The translations under genes were made by a program, and so were the position numbers. From positions 60,603 to 124,602 of the forward strand of contig JABAZD010000046.1 of the NCBI GenBank assembly GCA_018608705.1: a DNA stretch of 64,000 nt, read 5' to 3'. Within the stretch, counting starts at the first letter, position 1; every line of letters begins with the position of its first letter. This document shows positions 50,191-59,102 of the stretch, in pieces. The notes beneath the pieces were generated by a model. It did no database searches and was not told the origin of the DNA. It worked only from the letters and a program-made list of their open reading frames with translations. This stretch comes from Flavobacteriaceae bacterium. GTDB taxonomy: Bacteria; Bacteroidota; Bacteroidia; Flavobacteriales; Flavobacteriaceae.

Positions 50191-50493
50191 ATGTTTAAGC
50201 CACTAAATAAAATACTGGTAAATCCAATACGACTGATGATTGTATCCGTCCTGATGAAAGTAGAAAATTGTGATTTTAATTTTCTGAAACAACTTACCAA
50301 AACTACCCAAGGAAATCTAAGTATACAACTAAAGAAGCTCAAAGAGTGTGGGTATATTTCTATTGATAAAAGTTTTGAGAAGAACTATCCAAAAACCAAT
50401 TGTAAAATTACAAAAGCCGGAGTTAAATCGTTTAAAGAACATTTTGAAAACCTTAAAGAATACCAGAACCTCAATCTAAAACATAAATCATGA
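50191..50493 (+). CDS. Winged-helix transcriptional regulator (ArsR/MarR-like)
   Basis: PIRLMIVSVL, DFNFLK, TQGNLSIQLKKLKECGYI, KITKAG. Confidence 0.85.
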   Translation: MFKPLNKILVNPIRLMIVSVLMKVENCDFNFLKQLTKTTQGNLSIQLKKLKECGYISIDKSFEKNYPKTNCKITKAGVKSFKEHFENLKEYQNLNLKHKS

Positions 50494-50915
50494 TAAAATT
50501 AATAATATTATTAATGTCAACACTTAGTTCTATTTTTCTTTTAGAACAAGAACCAAACACCGCTCATGTGTTGAAGATTACTGTAAATAATATTAAGAAT
50601 ATAAAAGGCAAATTACAGGTGTGCTTAACAGATAAAAAAGAGGATTTTTTAAAACAGTGCGACTACGCAAAAACAGTCGCCGTAACAAACAACACTATTT
50701 CATTAAAAATAGCAAACATAAAAACAGGGGTTTACTCAGTTTCGCTGTTCCATGACGAGAATAACAACGGTGTTTTAGACACTAAAGGTTTATTTGGAAT
50801 ACCCAGCGAGCCTTATGGATTCTCTAACAATCCAAGAACAACGTTTGGCCCTCCTAGTTTCGAAAATTGTACATTCCTTATTGACGGAGATAAACAAATC
50901 TACATTAAATTATAA
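50490..50915 (+). CDS. DUF2141 exported protein
   Basis: Signal peptide; GVYSVSLFHDENNNGVLD, GIPSEPYGFSNNP, GPPSF. Confidence 0.88.
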   Translation: MIKLIILLMSTLSSIFLLEQEPNTAHVLKITVNNIKNIKGKLQVCLTDKKEDFLKQCDYAKTVAVTNNTISLKIANIKTGVYSVSLFHDENNNGVLDTKGLFGIPSEPYGFSNNPRTTFGPPSFENCTFLIDGDKQIYIKL

Positions 50916-50951
50916 TAAAAAAAATATAACATAAACTGAACAAAAACTAAT

Positions 50952-51374
50952 ATGACACCAACAGAAGCTTTCACAATAGCTAATGCGGTCGCATTACCAA
51001 TGTGGGTCTTGATGCTCTTTTTATCAAAATGGAAAGTAACTCGGTTTTTGATTGATTTTAAAGTAATTCCATTAACATTAGCGTTCATATACGCTATTTA
51101 TATAGTTCAAGCCGTTTGTGTAAGTGGAATGATGGACTTTGGAAACCTTAGATCGGTTATGGCGTTATTTTCAGAAGAAAATGCAGTGCTGGCAGGGTGG
51201 ATTCATTACCTAGCTTTTGATCTTTTAGTTGGCATGTGGATGCTAGATCAAAATAAAAAATTAAAGATTAATCATTTAGTAATAGCTCCTTGTCTTTTTT
51301 TAACCTTCACGCTTGGGCCAGTCGGTTTCCTGCTTTTCATGATTATTAAAACCATTAAACAAAAACAATCTTGA
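50952..51374 (+). CDS. ABA4-like (DUF4281) membrane protein
   Basis: LPMWVLMLF, GWIHYLAFDLLVG, PCLFLTFTLGPVG. Confidence 0.85.
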   Translation: MTPTEAFTIANAVALPMWVLMLFLSKWKVTRFLIDFKVIPLTLAFIYAIYIVQAVCVSGMMDFGNLRSVMALFSEENAVLAGWIHYLAFDLLVGMWMLDQNKKLKINHLVIAPCLFLTFTLGPVGFLLFMIIKTIKQKQS

Positions 51375-52165
51375 TGTCTTTAAAGCATGTCTTTAACACA
51401 GTAAAAAACCATAGCCCACTATTGTATTGGATTGTAATAGTTCATTTGGTTTTAGCTATTGTGTCTATAACAAGTAGTTTTATGGATGATAGAACCCTTA
51501 TGGGAGTTAACGTTTGGATGAAGCCATTGAAATTCTCAATTTCTGTAGCTATCTATATTTTAACAGTAGGGTTTCTTATGACGTTATATCCTTTCTCTAA
51601 AAAAAAGAAGAATCTTATTAATAATATTGTTTGTTGGACATTGCTAATAGAATTAGGACTTATTATATATCAAGCATCAGGTGGGGTACAATCACATTAT
51701 AATATATCAAATCCATTTGATGGTTTAATCTTTACAGCTATGGGAATATTAATAGCTATTAATGTTATAATTATGGCATTATTTATATTTGAAACTATCC
51801 GATTGAAATTAAAAACACCTAAATTACTTCAATGGGCTATACTTCTAGGTTGGGTAATAGTATTTTTTGGCAGTTGGGTTGGCGGACAAATGATAAGTGA
51901 AATGTCTCATAATATTGGTGTCGAGGATGGAGGTCCTGGTCTTCCGTTAGTTAATTGGAGTACAATTGCTGGTGATTTAAGAGTAGCACATTTTTTTGGT
52001 CTACATGGCCTACAAATAATTCCAATTTTCGCATTATTAATTTCAAATAAATCGAAGACTAGCGCAAGGAATCAGATTATAATTGTCACTGTTTTTGGAA
52101 TAGCATATGCATTGTGTATTGGGTATACATTCTATCAAGCTAAACAAGGGGTGCCATTTATATAA
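51371..52165 (+). CDS. Conserved hypothetical polytopic membrane protein
   Basis: About 7 TM; VWMKPLKFSIS, QASGGVQSHYN, GDLRVAHFFGLHGLQ; overlaps the ABA4-like stop. Confidence 0.75.
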   Translation: MMSLKHVFNTVKNHSPLLYWIVIVHLVLAIVSITSSFMDDRTLMGVNVWMKPLKFSISVAIYILTVGFLMTLYPFSKKKKNLINNIVCWTLLIELGLIIYQASGGVQSHYNISNPFDGLIFTAMGILIAINVIIMALFIFETIRLKLKTPKLLQWAILLGWVIVFFGSWVGGQMISEMSHNIGVEDGGPGLPLVNWSTIAGDLRVAHFFGLHGLQIIPIFALLISNKSKTSARNQIIIVTVFGIAYALCIGYTFYQAKQGVPFI

Positions 52166-52189
52166 TATTTAGAAAGTATAAAATTTATT

Positions 52190-52212
52190 AAGCTTTACTT
52201 AAAAGCTTTTTT
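52190..52212 (+). terminator. Possible weak terminator of the five-gene operon
   Basis: AAGCTTT-ACTTA-AAAGCTT followed by TTTT; AT-rich stem. Confidence 0.35.
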
Positions 52213-52260
52213 CCGTTAAGTAATTATTATTAAATTCGCTTCGAACTTCAATTTTGTAAA

Positions 52261-55200
52261 ATGGCCGATTTTAACTTCAAAAAGTGGAACCTTATACTTG
52301 GGTGGTTTGCTTTTTTAATTGCTTTTATTGCTTACAGTCTAACGGTAGAACCAACCGTTAGTTTTTGGGATGCCGGCGAATACATCTTAACGTCATCCAA
52401 GTTACAGGTTGGACACCCGCCAGGAGCACCATTTTTTCAAATGATGGGGGCATTCTTTTCTATTTTTGCTACAGATCCTACACAAATTGGACTCATGATT
52501 AATATGATGAGTGCCAGCGCAAGTGCCTTTACTATTTTATTTATGTTTTGGTCTATTGTACTACTTATTAAACAAGTAGTTAACAACAACGAATCTTCAA
52601 AAGAGCAAAACATTGCTATTTTAGGGGCTGCATTTGTTGGGAGTTTATCTTTTGCTTTCACGGACTCTTTTTGGTTTAATGCTGTTGAGACAGAAGTGTA
52701 CGCTATGGCTACATTAATCATGGCTGTTTTATTTTATTTAGGACTGCGCTGGGGAAATGAAATGTTTACTCCCAGAGGCAATAAATGGTTGATCCTTATT
52801 TCATTTGTAGTAGGGCTTTCTTTTGGAGTTCACTTCATGGGACTATTAACCATTCCAGCGATTGGACTTATTTATTATTTTAAAAATTATAAAATAATTA
52901 CTTTAAGAAACTTTGTTTTGGCAAATCTAGCTGGAATTGCTGTTTTACTATTTGTATTTAAACTTTTGGCTCCTAACATTCTCAGATATTTCAGCATCTT
53001 AGAAATATTTTTTGTAAACTCAGTTGGCCTACCGTTTAACTCAGGGTCTATCATTGCTTTTGTGCTTCTGGTTAGTTTTATCATTTTGGGCATCCGCTAC
53101 ACACAGAAAAAAAACTATGTGAATTTAAATACGGCTTTATTGTGTATTACATTTATAGTTGTTGGATTTTCATGTTGGCTAATGCTTCCAATTCGTGCAA
53201 ATGCTAATGTGACAGTTAATGAAAACAACCCTTCAAGTGCTAGAGAGTTACTAGCCTATTATAATCTTGAGCAATACCCAAAGACACACTTGTTCTACGG
53301 GCCGCAATTTACAGACCAATACGCTGGTCTAGATAAAAATAAGCCCTATGTTGATGACAAACCAAAATATGAAAAAGACGAAATCCTTCGCAGGTATGTA
53401 ATAGTAAACGATTACGAGAACGGATTACAAAATTACAATTCTAAACATGCTTCTTTGTTGCCAAGAATGTGGAGTACAGAGCATGCTGAAAACTATATGA
53501 CATATTCTGGGTTTTTAGACTTTTCAATTAAGTCTGAACATCAAATGCAAAACGAATTAAGGTCGGTTATTAATGATTTTAGAAATGCGGTTGCAAATGG
53601 TGAAGTTGATTATGAAGGCTATCATAGTTTTCTAAAAAAATATGGGCGGTATATCGATATTGAAAAACCTTCTTTAATCAAAAATATATATTACCTTTTT
53701 AATTATCAAATTGGTTACATGTATTGGAGATATTTTATGTGGAATTTTACGGGACGTCAGGATGATATTCAAGGGAAAATGGATCTTCATGGAAATTGGA
53801 TCAGTGGATTTGGCAGTCTTGATGAATACTTTTTAGGAATGTCACAAGAAAACCTTCCCAGTGACGTTAAAAACAATAAGGCGAGAAACACCTATTATTT
53901 CCTCCCTTTATTACTTGGGTTGATTGGTTTGTTTTTTCTTTTTAACAAAAATAAAAAACTATTTTGGACCATGTTAGTATTTTTCCTATTTACAGGAATT
54001 GCCATACAAGTTTACACAAATGTACGGCCGTTTGAGCCTCGCGAGCGCGACTATTCTGTAGTTGGGTCTTTCTATGTGTTTGCACTCTGGATTGGATTCG
54101 GAGTCTTTGCTATCTATAAAAAATTAAGCAGTTTTTCAAAATCAAGTCTTTTAGCTCCCCTAGTTTGTCTGGCCTGCTTAGTCGCAGTTCCAGGAATTTT
54201 AGTAAGTCAAAACTGGGATGATCACGACCGTTCTAAAAGAGAAACTGCTCATGCTATGGCAATACAGTATTTGGAGTCCTGTGACCCTAACGCTATTATT
54301 TTTACAATTGGGGATAACGATACTTTCCCGCTTTGGTATGCTCAAGAAATTGAAGGTGTTCGTAGGGATGTTCGAGTAGTTTGTACAAGCTTGTTTAATG
54401 TGGATTGGTACATCGATCAGATGAAACGTAAAGCTTATGAAAGTGCCCCAATTCCATCTGGGTTGTCTCATGAACAATATAAGTGGGGTACTCGTGACTA
54501 TATAATTAAAGAAGTTGTCACAAAAGATACTTTAAATCTCGATCAGTTTTTAGGATTTATTACAAGTGATGATGAGCGCACTAAATACAAACACGTGCTA
54601 CAACAACAAGGATATGACACCAGCGGCCAAAGAAACCAAGATCTGAACGCTAATTATTTACCTACAGAAAATGTTAGAATCCCCGTTGACAAATTAACAG
54701 TTTTAAAAAACGGTATTGTTAAAGCTCAAGATTCTTCTTTAATCGTTCCTCACATTGATATTAAGATTAAAGGGGCTGCGCTTTACAAGAACCGTTTAAT
54801 GATGCTGGACATTATTAATAACAACAATTGGGAACGGCCAATTTACTTTACAGGTGGTGCGTTTGGAGACGAGGATTATATTTGGATGAAGGACTACCTT
54901 CAGTTAGATGGATTAGTGTATAAATTAGTTCCTATTAAAACTGCGGTAGATAAAAACAACCCATTTGATATGGGGCGTATTGATACAGATAAAATGTATG
55001 ATATGGTTACCTATTGGGATTGGGGGAATAACGGCGATCCTGATATGTATCACGATGTTGAAACACGCAGAAACAGTTTAACCTATCGCGGAAACTTAGC
55101 ACGACTAATTGAAGCTTTAATTAAGGAAGGTAAGTTAGAAAAAGCTGAACAAATTGCGGACTTAGCTATGACAAAAATGCCTGTAGATATGTTTGGTTTT

Positions 55201-55521
55201 TACACACTTCTTGAACCTTACATTGGCGCATATTATGAGCTGAAAGCTACAAAAAAAGCACGAAAATTATTCCTTAAGGTTAGCAGTAAGTACCAGGAAA
55301 GTCTGAGTTACTACAGTGATCTTTCAGATGATAATCAATCTAAATACATACAAACAATATATAGTGATATTGAGCGATACAGAAGCTTGGTTGACGTTAC
55401 TACCTTTTATGAAAGTGATGACTTTATCAAAACAGAAATGGGTAAATTCAATAATTATCTAAGACTGTTTACTGGAGAGCCTGAAAGTAAAGACTTACAG
55501 CAAGAAGATCTTTTGGAGTAA
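52261..55521 (+). CDS. DUF2723/TMEM260-like GT-C membrane glycosyltransferase
   Basis: SFWDAGEY, HPPGAP, FWFNAVETEVY, GVHFM, GDNDTFPLWY; multiple TMs then soluble C-terminal domain. Confidence 0.85.
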   Translation: MADFNFKKWNLILGWFAFLIAFIAYSLTVEPTVSFWDAGEYILTSSKLQVGHPPGAPFFQMMGAFFSIFATDPTQIGLMINMMSASASAFTILFMFWSIVLLIKQVVNNNESSKEQNIAILGAAFVGSLSFAFTDSFWFNAVETEVYAMATLIMAVLFYLGLRWGNEMFTPRGNKWLILISFVVGLSFGVHFMGLLTIPAIGLIYYFKNYKIITLRNFVLANLAGIAVLLFVFKLLAPNILRYFSILEIFFVNSVGLPFNSGSIIAFVLLVSFIILGIRYTQKKNYVNLNTALLCITFIVVGFSCWLMLPIRANANVTVNENNPSSARELLAYYNLEQYPKTHLFYGPQFTDQYAGLDKNKPYVDDKPKYEKDEILRRYVIVNDYENGLQNYNSKHASLLPRMWSTEHAENYMTYSGFLDFSIKSEHQMQNELRSVINDFRNAVANGEVDYEGYHSFLKKYGRYIDIEKPSLIKNIYYLFNYQIGYMYWRYFMWNFTGRQDDIQGKMDLHGNWISGFGSLDEYFLGMSQENLPSDVKNNKARNTYYFLPLLLGLIGLFFLFNKNKKLFWTMLVFFLFTGIAIQVYTNVRPFEPRERDYSVVGSFYVFALWIGFGVFAIYKKLSSFSKSSLLAPLVCLACLVAVPGILVSQNWDDHDRSKRETAHAMAIQYLESCDPNAIIFTIGDNDTFPLWYAQEIEGVRRDVRVVCTSLFNVDWYIDQMKRKAYESAPIPSGLSHEQYKWGTRDYIIKEVVTKDTLNLDQFLGFITSDDERTKYKHVLQQQGYDTSGQRNQDLNANYLPTENVRIPVDKLTVLKNGIVKAQDSSLIVPHIDIKIKGAALYKNRLMMLDIINNNNWERPIYFTGGAFGDEDYIWMKDYLQLDGLVYKLVPIKTAVDKNNPFDMGRIDTDKMYDMVTYWDWGNNGDPDMYHDVETRRNSLTYRGNLARLIEALIKEGKLEKAEQIADLAMTKMPVDMFGFYTLLEPYIGAYYELKATKKARKLFLKVSSKYQESLSYYSDLSDDNQSKYIQTIYSDIERYRSLVDVTTFYESDDFIKTEMGKFNNYLRLFTGEPESKDLQQEDLLE

Positions 55522-55537
55522 AGTGATTAAGAAATTG

Positions 55538-55834
55538 TTAGACAAATTCTTGAATACGGCCAATAATAGTATTAGCATCAAGTTCGCCGCTTTGGCGCCA
55601 TTTCATATCGCCTGACTTATAAATAATTAATGTTGGCAACCCCTTAATACGAAGTGCTTCTGCGAGATCTTGATTTTTCTCTACATCAATTTTAATCACT
55701 CGAGCTTTATCTCCCATGGCGGCAGCAACGTCTCTAAGCACATCATGCATCGTTTCAGATTCGTCACTCCACTCTGTAAAAAACTCGAATAAGACCGGAA
55801 CTTCAACGTCTATTAAATCTCCAAATTTTGACAT
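55538..55834 (-). CDS. Thioredoxin-fold protein lacking cysteines
   Basis: VLFEFFTEWSDES replaces WCGPC; KIDVEKN; GLPTLIIYKSG. Confidence 0.85.
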   Translation of the reverse strand: MSKFGDLIDVEVPVLFEFFTEWSDESETMHDVLRDVAAAMGDKARVIKIDVEKNQDLAEALRIKGLPTLIIYKSGDMKWRQSGELDANTIIGRIQEFV

Positions 55835-55940
55835 ATCTTGAAATTTTATTTTTCAACCGTTAAACTAGTAATTAGATTTACCAAGATAACTCATTAAAAA
55901 TAAATGATTTATTTAGGGTAAATATAAGGTTTTCTGACGT

Positions 55941-57173
55941 TTAAGTGTTATTAACCCCTTTTTTCAGCGTTATGACGGAGATTTCCGGCCATATTCCAAC
56001 ACGGCCTGGAAAAGCTAAAAAACCAAAACCACGGTTGACATTTATGAACTGGCCTGCCTTTTCATAAATTCCAGCCCAGTACTTATAACGCCACTTTATA
56101 GGACTCCATTTCAATACGCCAGGAATTTCAATTCCGAATTGCATTCCATGAGTATGACCGCTGAGTGTGAGGTGGTAATGAATAGGGTGCTTAACAACTT
56201 CGTACTGCCAATGAGAAGGATCATGGCTGAGTAATATTTTAAAATCAGTTGGACTAACGGCAGTAGACGCTAGTTCTAAATCCCCTTTCTGTTTGAATCC
56301 TTTTCCCCAATTCTCAACTCCAATAATTGCTAGACGGTCGTTGTCTTTTTGAATAAATCGACTTTCATTTCTTAAAAGATCAAAACCCATTTCCTTTTGA
56401 ATGTCTAGCATTTCTTGAAAATTTTCAGCTTTATCTTTTTCGGTAGACCAGCGAGTGTAATCTCCATAATCATGATTCCCTAAAACAGAAAAAATACCAT
56501 CGACTGCTTTTAATTTAGAAAAAGTTGACTTCCAAGGTCGCATTTCTTCAGACCTACTGTTTACTAAATCTCCCGTAAACAAGATAACGTCAGATCCTTG
56601 TTCATTCACTAAATTAACAGCATACTCAATTTTATCTTTATTGTCAAAACTACCACTGTGAATATCACTTATTTGAGTAATCTGGTAACCTTCAAAGGCT
56701 TCTGGTAAATCTTCAAAAAACAATGAGTACCTTAAAACTTTAAAATTATACTTTCCTTGTGTAATTCCATATAATATTGATAAAAATGGAATAGAAGCCA
56801 AACCTATTGCAAGTTGTCCAATAAACTTTCGTCTAGAACTAAAAAATGCAGAAGAGTTATCCGGTTTTGAAATAAAATAGTTATAAATAGCTTCAAAAAG
56901 TCTGTAAATATCTTCTCCTAACACAAAAATCAACAACACTAGCTTTGGAACATAAACCAAAATAAACAACGCAAGTGCTAAATAAAATCCTTGATTGTTT
57001 ACTGAGCTCCTATCAAAGGTCATCCCCTGATAAACTATATTAGAAAATATTATAATTGAAATAATTACATATCCGTATGTTACAAAAGAACTTTTTATGA
57101 CACTTCGAAAACTTTGAAGAGCATAAAAATCCAATGCCAAAACTAAGATTATAAAAATTATAAGTCGGCTCAT
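55941..57173 (-). CDS. Membrane-anchored metallophosphoesterase (YkuE/YaeI-like)
   Basis: SDIH, FTGDLV, GNHDY, SHDP, SGHTHG. Start placed at ATG 57173, downstream of -7 element TATTTTTG (57200-57193). Confidence 0.88.
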   Translation of the reverse strand: MSRLIIFIILVLALDFYALQSFRSVIKSSFVTYGYVIISIIIFSNIVYQGMTFDRSSVNNQGFYLALALFILVYVPKLVLLIFVLGEDIYRLFEAIYNYFISKPDNSSAFFSSRRKFIGQLAIGLASIPFLSILYGITQGKYNFKVLRYSLFFEDLPEAFEGYQITQISDIHSGSFDNKDKIEYAVNLVNEQGSDVILFTGDLVNSRSEEMRPWKSTFSKLKAVDGIFSVLGNHDYGDYTRWSTEKDKAENFQEMLDIQKEMGFDLLRNESRFIQKDNDRLAIIGVENWGKGFKQKGDLELASTAVSPTDFKILLSHDPSHWQYEVVKHPIHYHLTLSGHTHGMQFGIEIPGVLKWSPIKWRYKYWAGIYEKAGQFINVNRGFGFLAFPGRVGIWPEISVITLKKGVNNT

Positions 57174-57366
57174 ACTTAGGTCATTTGATTTGCAAAAATA
57201 GAACAAATCCAGATGATAATTAAGTTAATATTATTATTTAACGATACTTTTAGTTTTAGATTTTTTTAGTATATTTCTGATAATTACAAAATCAATCCAT
57301 AAGTTGGCAAATAAATCATTTTTAAAGGATTGTTTAGCCAAAAACTAACACACTAAATAATAAAAT

Positions 57367-59046
57367 ATGAGTACTAAAAACAACAACTCAGCGCTAACCA
57401 CATTGGTAACTGTCTTCTTTTTCTGGGGATTTATTGCAGCTTCTAACGGGGTCTTTATTCCATTTTGTAAGACCTATTTTAATATTGACCAGTTTCAGTC
57501 TCAACTTGTCGATTTTGCTTTTTATGGCGCCTATTATTTTGGAGCTTTATTGTTATTTGTACTATCAAGTGCAGTCAAAAAAGACATTCTCAACAGCTGG
57601 GGCTATAAAAACGGAATTGTCTATGGTTTGTTGGTGTCAGCTCTTGGTGCATTATTAATGTACCCCTTTGTAAACGGAGCGCAACAAGGGGATAGTTCGG
57701 TCTTCTATTTAGTATTATTAGCCTTATTTATCGTTGGGCTTGGGTTTTCACTTCAACAAACAGCAGCTAATCCATTTGCTATTGCGTTAGGGGAGCCAGA
57801 AACAGGATCCCAAAGATTAAATCTTGCTGGAGGGGTAAATTCATTTGGAGCTACCATTGGACCTACTGTTATTGCTTTAATAATTTTTGGATCCACTCCG
57901 CTTTCAGGAGACGAGCTAAATCAAATGATTTTAAATAATGAAATAAAACTAACAACGATTCAGCTCCTTTACATTGGGGTGGGCGCTTTATTTTTGGCTG
58001 CTGCTGCATTATTTCATTTTTCTAAAAAATTACCCAATACTAAAACAGATGAGTTATTTGAACCGGCTAATAAGGCTAAAAATATATTAATTGCTTTAAC
58101 TGTTGTTATTATTGTTTGTTTTGGATTGATTTTCAATACATATGCAGACGGAGTAGTAGCGAATGAAGCCATTGAAAATAAACGGCTTTACTTGCTCTTA
58201 GTGGCTTTATTTGCGGTGATTTTAAGCGTGTTCTTTGCCAATACCCGTGCAACAAAATCTCCCGAAGGATGGGGTGCTATGAAATACCCACAGCTTGTTT
58301 TAGGTATGCTAGCTATATTTACTTATGTCGGGGTAGAGGTTACTATACAAAGTAATCTCGGAGAACTCTTAAAGTTTGTTGCAGACAAGGTTAACAACCT
58401 AAACCCGTTAGGGCTAAAGGTCATGAATGACGCAGAAATTGCGCCATTTATCTCTCTTTACTGGGGGGGGATGATGATCGGGCGCTGGGTAGGTGCTATA
58501 ACAGTTTTTAATCCCGGTAAAGGGCTTAAGAAGTGGCTGCTTATTATTGTCCCTTATGTTGCTTTTGGTGTGATTCTTTTGGTTAATTTTGGAAAGTATT
58601 CATCTACAGAAATCTTATTGTTTGGTGTTTGTGTAGCTATACAAATTGGTGGATTTTTTCTGGCGAAAGACAACCCTATTGCGACATTGAAAATATTTAG
58701 CACGCTAGGAATTATCGGAATGATTATTGGAGTTTTTACTTCGGGTCAATTGGCTTTATATGCCTTACTTTCTGGTGGTTTATTTTGCTCTATCATGTGG
58801 CCGTGTATTTTTACGTTAAGTATTTCTGGACTAGGAAAATACACATCTCAAGGGTCCGCATTTTTGATCATGATGATCTTAGGAGGCGCTATAATCCCAC
58901 CTCTTCAAGGAAAGTTAGCAGATATTTTTAGCATACAGTCGTCTTATTGGATAGCTGTTATTTGTTTCATATATCTATTATTTTATGCTTACAAAACAAA
59001 AAGTGTATTGAAAACACAAGGGATTTCTTTTGACAAAATAAATTAG
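57367..59046 (+). CDS. MFS sugar transporter, FucP/GluP family
   Basis: [38 protein letters not shown]. Confidence 0.88.
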   Translation: MSTKNNNSALTTLVTVFFFWGFIAASNGVFIPFCKTYFNIDQFQSQLVDFAFYGAYYFGALLLFVLSSAVKKDILNSWGYKNGIVYGLLVSALGALLMYPFVNGAQQGDSSVFYLVLLALFIVGLGFSLQQTAANPFAIALGEPETGSQRLNLAGGVNSFGATIGPTVIALIIFGSTPLSGDELNQMILNNEIKLTTIQLLYIGVGALFLAAAALFHFSKKLPNTKTDELFEPANKAKNILIALTVVIIVCFGLIFNTYADGVVANEAIENKRLYLLLVALFAVILSVFFANTRATKSPEGWGAMKYPQLVLGMLAIFTYVGVEVTIQSNLGELLKFVADKVNNLNPLGLKVMNDAEIAPFISLYWGGMMIGRWVGAITVFNPGKGLKKWLLIIVPYVAFGVILLVNFGKYSSTEILLFGVCVAIQIGGFFLAKDNPIATLKIFSTLGIIGMIIGVFTSGQLALYALLSGGLFCSIMWPCIFTLSISGLGKYTSQGSAFLIMMILGGAIIPPLQGKLADIFSIQSSYWIAVICFIYLLFYAYKTKSVLKTQGISFDKIN

Positions 59047-59102
59047 TAATAAGAACTTTTTTTTTAATTTATAAACTGTAAAAAGAGAAACTAGTTATAA
59101 TA

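Noticed and set aside
49433-52260. att-site-bounded island at tRNA-Gln
   Set aside because: The operon is at the tRNA 5' side. I saw no duplicated tRNA end and no integrase, so horizontal acquisition is unproven.
55861-55871. Second copy of the putative operator (TAAACTAGTA) upstream of the thioredoxin-like gene
   Set aside because: Only a partial core match, not palindromic beyond ACTAGT; expected by chance
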